From an uncultured Pelagibacteraceae bacterium (GTDB lineage: Bacteria > Pseudomonadota > Alphaproteobacteria > Pelagibacterales > Pelagibacteraceae), in assembly GCA_902591025.1 (NCBI GenBank), contig CACIZB010000004.1, forward strand, positions 9,742 through 73,741: DNA of 64,000 nucleotides, in the 5' to 3' direction. This document shows positions 49,146 through 59,403 of the stretch, one piece after another (within the stretch, counting starts at the first letter, position 1; the number at the start of each line of letters is the position of its first letter). Below the pieces are notes generated by a model. It worked only from the letters and a program-made list of their open reading frames with translations, made no database searches and had not been told where the DNA came from. The position numbers and the translations under genes were made by a program.

Positions 49146-49888
49146 TAAGTCTTTATATTACTTATTTTTTTTACAATTAATTTTGCTGTTTTTCTTATGT
49201 GCTGGATCGTTTCATTTGTTGGCATAATTAATACTTTTTTTCTAGGTCCATATGCATGAATAAATTTAATTTGATTTAAACATGCCCCAACATGACCTTT
49301 CCAGAAAATAATGTCACCTTTTGTAAATTTTTTATTAATTTTTTTTTTACAATATTTTATTTGATCTTTTGTATCCCTAGGGAAAAAAACCCCATTATAA
49401 AAAAAATAAATTTGGATAAGTGATGAACAGTCTATACCATCCGAAGTCTTTCCACCCCAAAGATATTTTGAGTTTAAAAATAATTTAAAAATTTTATTTG
49501 AGTTATTTTCAAAAAATTTTATTTTTTTTAGATGTTTTTTTTTAATCCATTTATTTTTTTCAAATTCTATAAAATTTTTATTTTCTTCTATTTTTTTTAT
49601 TCTACTTGCAAAAAATAAAAATCTATTTGTTTTAATTAATTTTTTATTTTTTTTGGTAAAAATTTCTGTTTTTTTTGATGAAACTTTAAATCTTGGAACA
49701 AATTCTTTTATTAAAAATTTTTTTTTTCGAATATAACCAGTATAATTATCATAATTAGTTTTAATTTTTAACCAATGTCCTTTATTTTCTAAAATTTTAA
49801 ATTTTTCTCCATATAACATTTGTGATGAAAGTTTGGAATATTGCTTTGGTTTTTCGTAAATATTTATTAAAGAAAAATTGTTTATCAT
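49142..49888 (-). CDS. SH3 + NlpC/P60 (C40) peptidoglycan peptidase
   Basis: SQMLYGE.F..., W......DNY.GY (SH3b-like), YLWGG, catalytic Cys in GIDCSSL, GHVG and HA. Confidence 0.88.
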   Translation of the reverse strand: MINNFSLINIYEKPKQYSKLSSQMLYGEKFKILENKGHWLKIKTNYDNYTGYIRKKKFLIKEFVPRFKVSSKKTEIFTKKNKKLIKTNRFLFFASRIKKIEENKNFIEFEKNKWIKKKHLKKIKFFENNSNKIFKLFLNSKYLWGGKTSDGIDCSSLIQIYFFYNGVFFPRDTKDQIKYCKKKINKKFTKGDIIFWKGHVGACLNQIKFIHAYGPRKKVLIMPTNETIQHIRKTAKLIVKKISNIKTY

Positions 49889-51349
49889 TTAGTTTCTAAT
49901 TGGCGCAACTCTTCCTATCCAGATTATTAAATAAAGAACTGGTAATCCTAGAAGCGCCGTAAGTGAAAAAAAATAAGCATAACCCATTACATCAACCCAG
50001 CTTCCAGCGTAACCCGCAATAAGTTTTGGCAAGAAGAGCATTATAGAACTAAATAATGCATACTGAGTAGCAGTAAATTTTATAGAGGTAAGCCCTGACA
50101 AATAAATAACGAAAGCTGCACCAGCAAAGCCACTTGAAATATTATCTGCTGTAATAACTGCAATTAAAAAATTTATACTTATCGGCGAAATAGCTAACCA
50201 TGCAAATAATAAGTTACTAAGTGCAGCTACAAGTGCACCAAAAAATAATGCTTTCATTGTTCCAAATTTGTAAGAACAATAACCACCAATAAATCCACCA
50301 AATATTGTTGCAAATACACCAAAAAATTTGGAAAACGTTGCTATCTCTGAAATTTTATAACCTTTCTCTAAATAAAAAATATTAGCCATTACTCCCATAA
50401 CAACATCAGCTATTCGATACAATGAAATTAAAAATAAAATTAGAAAAGCAAATTTACCGTATCTTGTTATGAAATCTAGTATGGGTCTAAGATAACTTTT
50501 AGAAATTTTTTTATTTGAGGTAAATTTGATAAAGATTAAAAATTTAATAATAAAAAACGCAAAGATAAAGCAAATAATTAATCTTATTGTTGAGAAAATA
50601 AATGTTAAAAAAATATCTTTTTTATTGTAGGGATTTTCAATAATTGAATAAAGAAATATAAATCCGATTACAGAGAAAAATATAGATAATAAAAATTTTA
50701 AATGGTTGTCTTTTTTAAAATTTTTTTTAATTTTTGGCTCTTGAGAGGATAAAGTTGCAAAAATCCCGACAAACATGAAAATTGACATTATTAGATACAC
50801 TTTTTTCCATACATCCTGATTGTAAATTTCAGTTCCAAAAAAAGCCGCTAACCATAAGCTACCTGCACCTGCTACAAGCATAGCTATTCTATAACCAGCA
50901 ATATACATTGAAGACATTGGACCTTGAAGAGATTGAGGTGCGGACTCTATCCTGAATGCATCAATTAGAATATCTTGAGTAGCACTAAAAAAAGCTAAAA
51001 AAGTAATGAATAAAGCAGTAAAAAATAAATTATTTTGTGGATCGGTAAATGCAGTTAATATAAGTGAGATTAAGACTAATATTTGTGATACTAAAAGCCA
51101 ACTTTTCCTGTGACCTAATTTTTTCAAAAATGGTAATTTATAATTGTCTACTAGAGGAGACCATAAATATTTGAAAGCATAAGCAAAACCAGCCCAACTA
51201 AATAAAGTTACAGTGCTTCTATTTATACCAGCTTGCACTAACCACACGGACAAAGTAGAGAAAACTAATAAAATAGGAAGTCCAGATGAAAAACCTAAAC
51301 AAATCATTTTTAATGGTTTTTCTCTAAAAAAAATATTTATATCTCTCAT
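49889..51349 (-). CDS. ampG: AmpG-family muropeptide MFS permease
   Basis: LGFSSGLP.LL, KYLWSPLVD, G.RKSWL, ATQDI.IDAFRIE, FTATQYALFSS. Likely start MRDI at 51349. Confidence 0.9.
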   Translation of the reverse strand: MRDINIFFREKPLKMICLGFSSGLPILLVFSTLSVWLVQAGINRSTVTLFSWAGFAYAFKYLWSPLVDNYKLPFLKKLGHRKSWLLVSQILVLISLILTAFTDPQNNLFFTALFITFLAFFSATQDILIDAFRIESAPQSLQGPMSSMYIAGYRIAMLVAGAGSLWLAAFFGTEIYNQDVWKKVYLIMSIFMFVGIFATLSSQEPKIKKNFKKDNHLKFLLSIFFSVIGFIFLYSIIENPYNKKDIFLTFIFSTIRLIICFIFAFFIIKFLIFIKFTSNKKISKSYLRPILDFITRYGKFAFLILFLISLYRIADVVMGVMANIFYLEKGYKISEIATFSKFFGVFATIFGGFIGGYCSYKFGTMKALFFGALVAALSNLLFAWLAISPISINFLIAVITADNISSGFAGAAFVIYLSGLTSIKFTATQYALFSSIMLFLPKLIAGYAGSWVDVMGYAYFFSLTALLGLPVLYLIIWIGRVAPIRN

Positions 51350-51353
51350 AATA

Positions 51354-52794
51354 CTAATTTCGCCAAAAAGAAGGTAAAAACAAAACCAATATAGCAAATA
51401 ATTCTAATCTTCCCAGTATCATACCAAGCGTTAATATCCATTTTGAAATATCTGGTAATGACGAGAAATTTCCATTTGGACCAATAACTGAGCCTAGACC
51501 AGGTCCCACATTCGAAATAGAAGTAGCAGCTCCAGATATTGAAGTGATAAAATCAAGACCGGTTAATGATAATAATGCTGTTATGATAAAAAAAATTATA
51601 AGATACATGTATATAAAAGAAATTATTGATGACACGAATTTGTTATCAATCGGATTTTTATCGTATTTTAGAACAAAAATACCTTTTGGATAAATAATTT
51701 TTTTTAATTGATTCCCAACAAATGACCAAAGAATTTGAATTCTAAATATTTTTACTCCACAAGTTGTCGAACCAGCACATCCTCCTATAAACATTAATCC
51801 TAAAAATAAAAGTAGTGGGAAACCACCCCAATTATCAAATTGTGCATTAACATAACCTGTGCCAGTTAAAATAGAAATTACGTTAAAAAAAATAGATCTA
51901 ATATCAAGATTTGAAGAGTTATTTAAGATTAGGTAAACCATTAATAAGATAGTACTAAGAGCTATAGTTTTTATGAAAGTTTTGATTTGAATATCTGAAA
52001 AAAAAAATTCCTCTATTTCCACTTAAAAATTTAATATAAGCAATAAAAGGTAAACTACCTAGAATAATAAAAATCATTGCTGAAATTTCTATATAAACAC
52101 TATCGAAAAAACCAATTGACTCATTATAGTTTGAAAATCCTCCGGTTGCTATTGTAGTCATTGAGTGAGTCATACTATCAAAAACATTCATACCAAGAAT
52201 TTTATAGGAGATTGCACATAAAGCAGTAAGCCCAAAATATATATAAATTAATCTAATAGCTATTTCTTTTGATTTAGGTAAAATTTTTTCAGAGGAATCA
52301 TTATTTGATATCTTAAATAACTGCATCCCTCCTACATTCATTATTGGCATTAAGGTTATGGCCATTACGATAATACCAATTCCTCCTAGCCATTGAAGAA
52401 TAGCTCTCCAAAAGAGAATACCTTTTGGCATATTTTCCAAGTTTGGTATAATGGTCGATCCGGTAGTAGTAATACCTGACATACTCTCAAAAAAAGCATT
52501 AGTTATTGAAAATTCAATATTGGAAAAAATAAATGGTAGAGACCCAAAGATTGCAATGCTTAACCAAGACAAAGATGTTAACAAAAATGCTTGTTGTAAA
52601 TTTAATTTTTTATCGTGATCCAAATTTGATAAAAAAAACAGTATGCCAAAGATAGTAGTAACAAGAGCTGCTCCAAAAAAAGAGGAGTCTAGTTCACTAT
52701 AGAAAAATTGTATAATTATTGGAAGAAGCATAAAGATTCCAAGAATTATTTGAAGAATTCCAAGAGTAAAAAAAACTGTTTTATAATTAGACAT
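51354..52794 (-). pseudogene. trkH: TrkH potassium uptake permease split by a single frameshift (real or sequencing artefact)
   Basis: The N-half (FESMSGITTTG, TIATGGFS) is in ORF 51955..52794. The C-half (GGCAGSTTCGVK, SNVGPGLG, GRLE) is in ORF 51354..52022. The frames switch at a 10-nt homopolymer at 51998-52007. Confidence 0.85.
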
Positions 52795-52881
52795 TTTGAA
52801 AGGACATTATTTTATGGTAAATAAATTTCAACTCTATAAGAATTGTTTAAATCGTTAATATAAGATTTTTTTGAGTTATTC

Positions 52882-54444
52882 ATGATTAAAAAAGAAAATT
52901 TAGATAAAACAGCTGCATGGCCTTTTGTAGAGGCAAAAAAAATGCTTCGTGAAAGAAAATCATATATAGAGAAAAAAGGAAAAATCACTCTTCAAACTGG
53001 GTATGGTCCAAGCGGACTCCCTCATATTGGTACATTTGGAGAGGTTGCCAGAACATCAATGATGGTAAATGCCTTAAGTCATTTAACTGATCTTCCAACA
53101 GAAATAATAACTTTCTCAGATGATATGGATGGGTTAAGAAAAGTTCCAGAAAATATCCCACAAAAAGAATTATTGGAAAAGAATTTACACAAACCGCTTA
53201 CAAAAGTCCCAGATCCTTTTGGTAAATTTAGTAGTTTTGGAGAACATAATAATGAAATGCTTAAAAATTTTTTAAATAATTTTAATTTTAATTATAGTTT
53301 TAAAAGTTCTACATCACTTTATAAATCAGGTTTTTTTAATTCTACTCTTCAAATTATTTTGAAAAATTATGATGGAATAATGAATATTATACTTCCAACT
53401 TTAGGCAAAGAGCGTCAGAAAACTTATTGTCCATTTTTACCTATATGTCCTCAGACGGGACATGTTTTGGAAATTCCCTTGAAAGAAATAGATAAGGAAA
53501 AATCGAAAATTATTTTTGATAATAATGGACAAGATCTGGAAATAAGCATTTTGGATGGAAATTGTAAACTACAATGGAAAGTCGATTGGGCTATGAGATG
53601 GTATGCATTAGATATTGATTTTGAAATGTACGGCAAAGACCTTATAGAAAGCGCAATTTTATCTACTAAGATAATTAAATTAATTGGAAAAACAAATCCA
53701 TCAGGTTTTGCATACGAATTATTTTTAGATGAGAAAGGAGAAAAAATTTCAAAATCTAAAGGAAATGGTATCACAATTGATCAGTGGTTAGAATATGCAT
53801 CACCAGAAAGTTTATCTTTATATATGTATCAAAATCCAAAAAGAGCTAAAAAACTTTATAAAGAAATTGTTCCAAAAGCTGTCGATGAATACTTAGATTT
53901 TATAGAAAAAGCAAAATCTCAAAATGATTTACAACTACTTATGAATCCTGTTTGGCATGTCCATAATAGTAAGGTACCTAAAGAAAACATGATTATGTCA
54001 TTTTCGATGTTACTAAATCTTGTTGAGACAAGTAACGCAGACAACACAGAACTCTTATGGAAATTTGTAAAGAGATATAAAACTAATATTTCTGAGAAAG
54101 ATTATCCTATATTTAATAGATTAGTTGGCTATGCTATTAAATATTTTAATGATGTCATTAAATTACAAAAGAAATACAAGAAACCCAATGATAAAGAAAA
54201 AAAAGCATTAGAAGCTCTGATAAAAACTTTGGATAAGTGTAATGATAAAATGTCACCTGAGGATATCCAAACTTTAATTTATTCAACTGGAAAAGAAAAT
54301 GGTTATTCAGATAAACTAAGAGATTGGTTTAAATTAATTTATGAAGTTGTATTTGGTGATGAAAATGGCCCTCGAATGGGTTTTTTTATAAGTTTTTTTG
54401 GTGTTAAAGAAACAAAAGATCTTATATTAAATAAGATTAAATAA
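52882..54444 (+). CDS. lysS: Class I lysyl-tRNA synthetase
   Basis: GYGPSGLPHIGT (HIGH-like), KLQWKVDW.MRW, KISKSKGN (KMSKS-like), GPRMG. Confidence 0.96.
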   Translation: MIKKENLDKTAAWPFVEAKKMLRERKSYIEKKGKITLQTGYGPSGLPHIGTFGEVARTSMMVNALSHLTDLPTEIITFSDDMDGLRKVPENIPQKELLEKNLHKPLTKVPDPFGKFSSFGEHNNEMLKNFLNNFNFNYSFKSSTSLYKSGFFNSTLQIILKNYDGIMNIILPTLGKERQKTYCPFLPICPQTGHVLEIPLKEIDKEKSKIIFDNNGQDLEISILDGNCKLQWKVDWAMRWYALDIDFEMYGKDLIESAILSTKIIKLIGKTNPSGFAYELFLDEKGEKISKSKGNGITIDQWLEYASPESLSLYMYQNPKRAKKLYKEIVPKAVDEYLDFIEKAKSQNDLQLLMNPVWHVHNSKVPKENMIMSFSMLLNLVETSNADNTELLWKFVKRYKTNISEKDYPIFNRLVGYAIKYFNDVIKLQKKYKKPNDKEKKALEALIKTLDKCNDKMSPEDIQTLIYSTGKENGYSDKLRDWFKLIYEVVFGDENGPRMGFFISFFGVKETKDLILNKIK

Positions 54445-55487
54445 TGTTTTCAAATTTAAGATCTTTAATTTTCAAGTTTGATCCAGAGACAGCTCATAAT
54501 TTAGCAATTAAGTCTTTAAAGTTTAATTTTGTTCCTAATATTTTAGATACTGATAGAAATAATCCATTATTTAAATCAAAACTATTTAATAAAGATTTAG
54601 AAAATCCAATAGGTATGGCAGCAGGTTTTGATAAAAATGCTGAAGTATATAACTCATTATTTAGGTTGGGTTTTGGCTTTGTTGAGGTTGGAACTATTAC
54701 TCCTTTAAAACAATATGGAAATCCTAAACCAAGAGTATTTAGACTGGTAGAGGATGAGGCATTAATAAATAGACTTGGTTTCAATAATCTGGGTGCTCAA
54801 AATATTGCAAATAGAATGAAATCTAACAAACAAATAGGTTTACTTGGAGTTAACATTGGGCCTAACAAGGTCTCTGAAAATAGACTTAAAGACTATTTAG
54901 ATTGTCTAAAAACATTCCATCAGATTGCAGATTATATCACAATCAATATTTCGTCACCTAATACTGAAGACCTAAGAAAATTTCATGAACAAACAAAGTT
55001 AGATGAACTTTTACAAGCTATAAGTAAAGAGAAAAAAAATTTGAATTCAAAAGTGCCAATAGCAGTTAAAGTTTCACCCGATATCAATAACCAAGAAATT
55101 AATAAAATTGCAGAAGTTCTTTTGAGTAATGAAATTGAGGCTATTATCATTTCAAACACATCTGATTCATCACGAGATAATTTAAGTAACATCCAAAAAC
55201 ACCAAAAAGGGGGCTTATCTGGTAAACCTATTGAAAAAAAATCATCACAATTAATCAATAAATTTTACAAAATATTAAATGGAAGAATAAAAATTATTGG
55301 TGTTGGAGGAGTAGACTCTGGAAGGAGCACATATGAAAAATTATTAGCGGGTGCAAGTTATGTTCAGCTTTATACCGGAATGGTCTTTAAAGGACCAAAT
55401 ATAGTTAATATGATAAAAAAAGAACTTAAAGAATTACTCATTAAAGATGGTGTTAAGAACTTTACAGAAATAATTGGTAAAAAATAG
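54444..55487 (+). CDS. pyrD: Quinone-dependent dihydroorotate dehydrogenase
   Basis: DPE.AH, AAGFDKN, NRLGFNN, NISSPNT, GGLSG.P. Confidence 0.97.
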   Translation: MFSNLRSLIFKFDPETAHNLAIKSLKFNFVPNILDTDRNNPLFKSKLFNKDLENPIGMAAGFDKNAEVYNSLFRLGFGFVEVGTITPLKQYGNPKPRVFRLVEDEALINRLGFNNLGAQNIANRMKSNKQIGLLGVNIGPNKVSENRLKDYLDCLKTFHQIADYITINISSPNTEDLRKFHEQTKLDELLQAISKEKKNLNSKVPIAVKVSPDINNQEINKIAEVLLSNEIEAIIISNTSDSSRDNLSNIQKHQKGGLSGKPIEKKSSQLINKFYKILNGRIKIIGVGGVDSGRSTYEKLLAGASYVQLYTGMVFKGPNIVNMIKKELKELLIKDGVKNFTEIIGKK

Positions 55488-55505
55488 TAATTACAACCTT
55501 ATAAC

Positions 55506-55535
55506 CTTGACGAGATCATAATCACACTCTATATA
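55506..55535 (+). promoter_or_regulatory. Putative sigma70 promoter of rpmB-yhhQ
   Basis: cTTGACG-N17-TATATA is close to the alphaproteobacterial CTTGAC-N17-CTATAT consensus and ends 12 nt before the ATG. Confidence 0.65.
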
Positions 55536-55547
55536 GGCGATATTATT

Positions 55548-55862
55548 ATGGCAAAAAAATGTGAATTAACTGGAAAAAATCCAATGAAAGGTCATAATGT
55601 TAGTCACGCTAATAATAAGACAAAAAGAAGATTTTTACCTAATTTAAAAAAAGTTAAATTTACAAGCGAACTTCTTAATAGAAGCTTAAAATTAACAGTA
55701 AGCAATGCTGGCGTTAGATCTGTTGATAAAAAAGGTAGTTTTGATGAATTTTTGAAATCAGTCAAAAATAAAAATTTATCACCAAGATTAAAAAAACTCA
55801 AAAAAAATATATTGATTAAATCTCCTTTCCAAAAAAAAATAGTAAAATCTAAAAGCGTTTAA
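55548..55862 (+). CDS. rpmB: 50S ribosomal protein L28
   Basis: CELTGK....[19 protein letters not shown]. Confidence 0.98.
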   Translation: MAKKCELTGKNPMKGHNVSHANNKTKRRFLPNLKKVKFTSELLNRSLKLTVSNAGVRSVDKKGSFDEFLKSVKNKNLSPRLKKLKKNILIKSPFQKKIVKSKSV

Positions 55863-56410
55863 TGAATAAATTATTTCTATTGTTCTCATTAATAATGGGA
55901 GTTGTTGTTTTAGCTTCTAATTATTTAGTCCAATTTCCAATCAAATATTATGGTTTGGAGGAAATATTAACTTATGGAGCATTTAGTTATCCAATAGCTT
56001 TTTTAATAACTGATTTAGCAAATAGATCTTATGGAAAACTAATTGCAAGACAAATAGTTTACATAGGTTTTATTATAGGTATTAGTTTTACTCTTCTTTT
56101 TTCAACAAACTTTGCGGACCTGATATCCATTAGAATAGCCATCGGATCTGGAACTGCTTTTTTAGTAGCCCAACTAATAGATGTTCAGATTTTTGACAAA
56201 CTGAGAAAGAATAAGTGGTTTGTTGCACCTTTAACTTCATCTATTATTGGTTCGACAGTTGATACCTTCTTATTTTTCTCTATATCTTTTTATGCTACAG
56301 GGATACCTTGGGTAACATTATCCTTGGGTGATTTGGCTGTAAAAATATTTGTTGCTTTAGTAATGTTAATTCCTTTTAGACTACTTTTAGGCACTTTAAA
56401 ACCAGCTTAA
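55862..56410 (+). CDS. VUT/YhhQ family transporter (queuosine precursor uptake)
   Basis: LASNYLVQ, TYGAFSYP.AFL.TDL.NR.YG, AFLVAQLID..IF, S..GS.VDT.LFF. Confidence 0.8.
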   Translation: MNKLFLLFSLIMGVVVLASNYLVQFPIKYYGLEEILTYGAFSYPIAFLITDLANRSYGKLIARQIVYIGFIIGISFTLLFSTNFADLISIRIAIGSGTAFLVAQLIDVQIFDKLRKNKWFVAPLTSSIIGSTVDTFLFFSISFYATGIPWVTLSLGDLAVKIFVALVMLIPFRLLLGTLKPA

Positions 56411-56412
56411 AA

Positions 56413-57483
56413 CTATATAAAGGGCTCCTGTTGCGTCATACAATGGATTGCACCAAATCCCCATATAAGTTCACTACAATCGATAGGAATTACTTTTCTT
56501 TTTTTAAAAAATTTTTTAAAAATAGAAAAAACTTTTTTATCATTCTCGTCATTAAAAACTGGCAATAGAACTATTCTGTTTGCAATATAAAAATTAAGGT
56601 AACTTGCAGGAACTTGTACATTATTAATATAGATAGGTTTTGGCATTGGAATTTTAATTATTTTAAATTTTTTTCCATTTGTATTACTTGATTTCTTTAG
56701 AATTTGTAAATTTTCATTTAAATTTTTAAAATTTCTATCTTTTTTATTTTTTTCAATTGCAGCCATTATAGTATTTGGAGAAACGAACCTAGCGATATCA
56801 TCTATGTGTCCATGAGTATCATCCCCCTTTATACCTTTATTTAACCATATGAAATTTTTCAAATTAAGATATTTTCTAAAAGCATTTTCTAGATTTAATT
56901 TATTTACGCCAGGGTTTCTTTCTTGAACTTTACTTAAGAGACATTCTCGGGTCAGAAGTATTGAACCTCGGCCATTCACGTCTATTGCTCCGCCTTCTAA
57001 AACAATTTTTTTAAGATTTTTTTTTACTTTAATTTTAGGTTCAATTTTTTTGATCTTTATCAATTTTGCGATTCTAGCATTAATTTTATCATCTTTTTGA
57101 TAATCACTATATTTTGACCACCCATTGAATCTAAAATTAAGAATAATTTTTTTTCTTTCTTTATTATTAATTAAAAATAGTGGGCCACTATCTCTGATCC
57201 AAATTCTATTTGTTAAAATTTGGTGAAATTTGATTTTAGATAGATCATTTTTAAATTTTTTTAATTCTAGTTTAATTCTTAATTTATCTTTATTAGTTCT
57301 AATTATTAAATTTACAGTTTGATTAATTGACAAATTACAGACAATCCTACTTACTACTTCAGGAATTTTATCAAACAAGCCTGGCCAATCTTTTTTATTA
57401 TATGGCCAAACAATCCAAACAGATTTTTGTTTTTCCCACTCTCCAGGCATTCTAAAACCTTCAAGAAACAAATTTTTAAGCAT
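56413..57483 (-). CDS. aguA: Agmatine deiminase (PAD_porph family)
   Basis: MPGEWE, WIRDSGP, LEGGAI, DDTHGHID, SYLNFY, GAIHCMTQQ. Confidence 0.9.
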   Translation of the reverse strand: MLKNLFLEGFRMPGEWEKQKSVWIVWPYNKKDWPGLFDKIPEVVSRIVCNLSINQTVNLIIRTNKDKLRIKLELKKFKNDLSKIKFHQILTNRIWIRDSGPLFLINNKERKKIILNFRFNGWSKYSDYQKDDKINARIAKLIKIKKIEPKIKVKKNLKKIVLEGGAIDVNGRGSILLTRECLLSKVQERNPGVNKLNLENAFRKYLNLKNFIWLNKGIKGDDTHGHIDDIARFVSPNTIMAAIEKNKKDRNFKNLNENLQILKKSSNTNGKKFKIIKIPMPKPIYINNVQVPASYLNFYIANRIVLLPVFNDENDKKVFSIFKKFFKKRKVIPIDCSELIWGFGAIHCMTQQEPFI

Positions 57484-58357
57484 CTTTAGGATTTTTTAGT
57501 AAGCCCTTGTAATAATCAATTCTTCTATCTCTTAAAAATGGCCAATGTTGTCTTGTATTTTCTACTTTTTTAAAATCAATATCACATATTAATATTTCTT
57601 CTTTGTTTGATTTGGATTGTTTGATTATATTTCCACTTGGATCAATAATCATAGAATTGCCCCAAAATTGTATCTTTTTATTTTTAACTTTTTCCAATCC
57701 AATTCTATTAATTGCAGCCACAAAAACACCATTAGCGATAGCATGAGATCTTTGTATTGTAATCCAAGCATCTAATTGTGAATTCCCAAATTTTTTTCTT
57801 TCTTTGGGATGCCATCCTATTGCAGTAGGATAAAATAAAATTTCAGCACCTTTAAGCGCAGTGAGTCTTGCTGCTTCAGGAAACCACTGATCCCAACATA
57901 CTAAAGATCCTATTTTACCATAATTGGTATTTATTGATTTGAAACCCAAATCTCCAGGAGTAAAATAAAATTTTTCGTAGTAGCCTGGATCATCTGGAAT
58001 ATGCATTTTTCTATATTTTGAGACAATTTTTCCATCTTCATTAATCACAACACTAGTATTGTGATAAAAACCAGAAGTTTTTTTTTCAAAAAGAGAGATC
58101 ATTAGAATAATAGAGAGCTCTTTAGCTAGATTACAGTAAATATTTGTGATTGGTCCTGGAATCTTTTCAGCAAGTTTGAATTTTGAATGATTTTCGGTTT
58201 GACAAAAATAAGGTGAAAGAAATAATTCAGGTAAACAAATTATTTTTGCATTTCTTTTAGCTGCCTTTTTAATTTTTTTTATTGAATTTTCTAAATTTTT
58301 GTTTTGATTTTCAAAAACTTTTGTTTGTATTAAACCAATAGTGGTTTTTTTTTTCAT
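57476..58357 (-). CDS. aguB: N-carbamoylputrescine amidohydrolase (nitrilase superfamily)
   Basis: LPELF, YRKMHIPDDPGYYEKFYFTPGD and CWDQWFPEAAR supply the E-K-C triad. Also PFLRDRR. Confidence 0.88.
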   Translation of the reverse strand: MKKKTTIGLIQTKVFENQNKNLENSIKKIKKAAKRNAKIICLPELFLSPYFCQTENHSKFKLAEKIPGPITNIYCNLAKELSIILMISLFEKKTSGFYHNTSVVINEDGKIVSKYRKMHIPDDPGYYEKFYFTPGDLGFKSINTNYGKIGSLVCWDQWFPEAARLTALKGAEILFYPTAIGWHPKERKKFGNSQLDAWITIQRSHAIANGVFVAAINRIGLEKVKNKKIQFWGNSMIIDPSGNIIKQSKSNKEEILICDIDFKKVENTRQHWPFLRDRRIDYYKGLLKNPKDA

Positions 58358-58359
58358 TT

Positions 58360-59403
58360 TTAATCAAAAATTTTAGAGAAGTTTTTTCGACTTCTATTTT
58401 TCCATTCACCTTTGTGATATGCATCACTGCAAATTAAAGGTAATACACTAGTAGCTTCTGCAAAAACCATTTGTTCCTTAGTGACATCAACCTTACCCCA
58501 AGAGCTAGCCTCTTTTAAAGTTGAACTGCTACAAGCTCCATCCCTGGAGTCTGCTACAGTAATTTGAACTGCATATTTATGCATTTCTACATCTTTACCT
58601 AAAAGTTCTGCACATATTACTGTGTCTTGTATAAAGTTTTTTGGCACACCTCCACCTATCATGAACAGACCAGAACTCTTAGACTGTATCTTTATTTCAG
58701 TCAGTTCTCTGAACTCTTTAATTGAATCAATAGTTAAATGTTTTTTTGGGTTTTTTTCCTGATGAATTACCAAGCCAAAACCGGCACTAGAATCTGTAAA
58801 AGCAGGGCAGAAAATCGGAACATTATTTTCATATGCGGTTTCAATTAATGAGTCTTTTTTTACTGAATTTTTTTTTAAATATTTACCCATTTCTTGAATA
58901 AATTCTCTAGATGTATAACTTTTTGGTTCAAGACTATCGGCGATTTCACAAATTTTTTTGTCACAAACTTGTAATTCATCCTCATCAATATATGTGTCAT
59001 AAATCCTATCAATATAATTTTTTCTAAGCTCTGTATCATCCTGAAATTGTGATCCTTGATAATGTTTAAAACCCAATGCTTCAAAAAAGTCCATATCTAC
59101 AATAGAAGCTCCTGTAGCAACTATTGCATCGACCATATTATATTTAATAAGATCTTTATAAATGCTCATGCAGCCAGCAGCAGAAGTGGATCCTGCTAAA
59201 GTTAAAAAAATCGTACAATCTTTATCTTTTAACATTTCATTATAGATATTTGCGGCGTTCGCGGTTTCTCTTGAAACAAAAGACATTTTTTCCATCGAGG
59301 AAATAATTTTTCTTGAGTCGAATGATGTAATATCAATATGTTCAACAGGATTTTTAAGAAAATCTTTTTTACTATTATGGCCTAAGTTTTTTTTATCTGT
59401 CAT
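58360..59403 (-). CDS. Deoxyhypusine synthase-like protein (SpeY-like)
   Basis: FLTLAGS, VATGA, RIYD, IFCPAFTDSS.G, GGGVPKNF, and DGACSSST..EA.SWGKV with the catalytic Lys. Confidence 0.9.
   Translation of the reverse strand: MTDKKNLGHNSKKDFLKNPVEHIDITSFDSRKIISSMEKMSFVSRETANAANIYNEMLKDKDCTIFLTLAGSTSAAGCMSIYKDLIKYNMVDAIVATGASIVDMDFFEALGFKHYQGSQFQDDTELRKNYIDRIYDTYIDEDELQVCDKKICEIADSLEPKSYTSREFIQEMGKYLKKNSVKKDSLIETAYENNVPIFCPAFTDSSAGFGLVIHQEKNPKKHLTIDSIKEFRELTEIKIQSKSSGLFMIGGGVPKNFIQDTVICAELLGKDVEMHKYAVQITVADSRDGACSSSTLKEASSWGKVDVTKEQMVFAEATSVLPLICSDAYHKGEWKNRSRKNFSKIFD

Noticed and set aside
49142-49888. Very low-GC, Lys-rich stretches (also nadD, proA, aguA) as horizontally acquired islands
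   Set aside because: There is no integrase, tRNA site or flanking repeat, and the genes sit in native operons. The bias fits AT drift in weakly constrained proteins.
58360-59403. DHS-like gene as evidence of eIF5A-type hypusination or eukaryotic/archaeal contamination
   Set aside because: The context is wholly alphaproteobacterial with matching composition, and the neighbours are polyamine enzymes. No efp or eIF5A gene is nearby.
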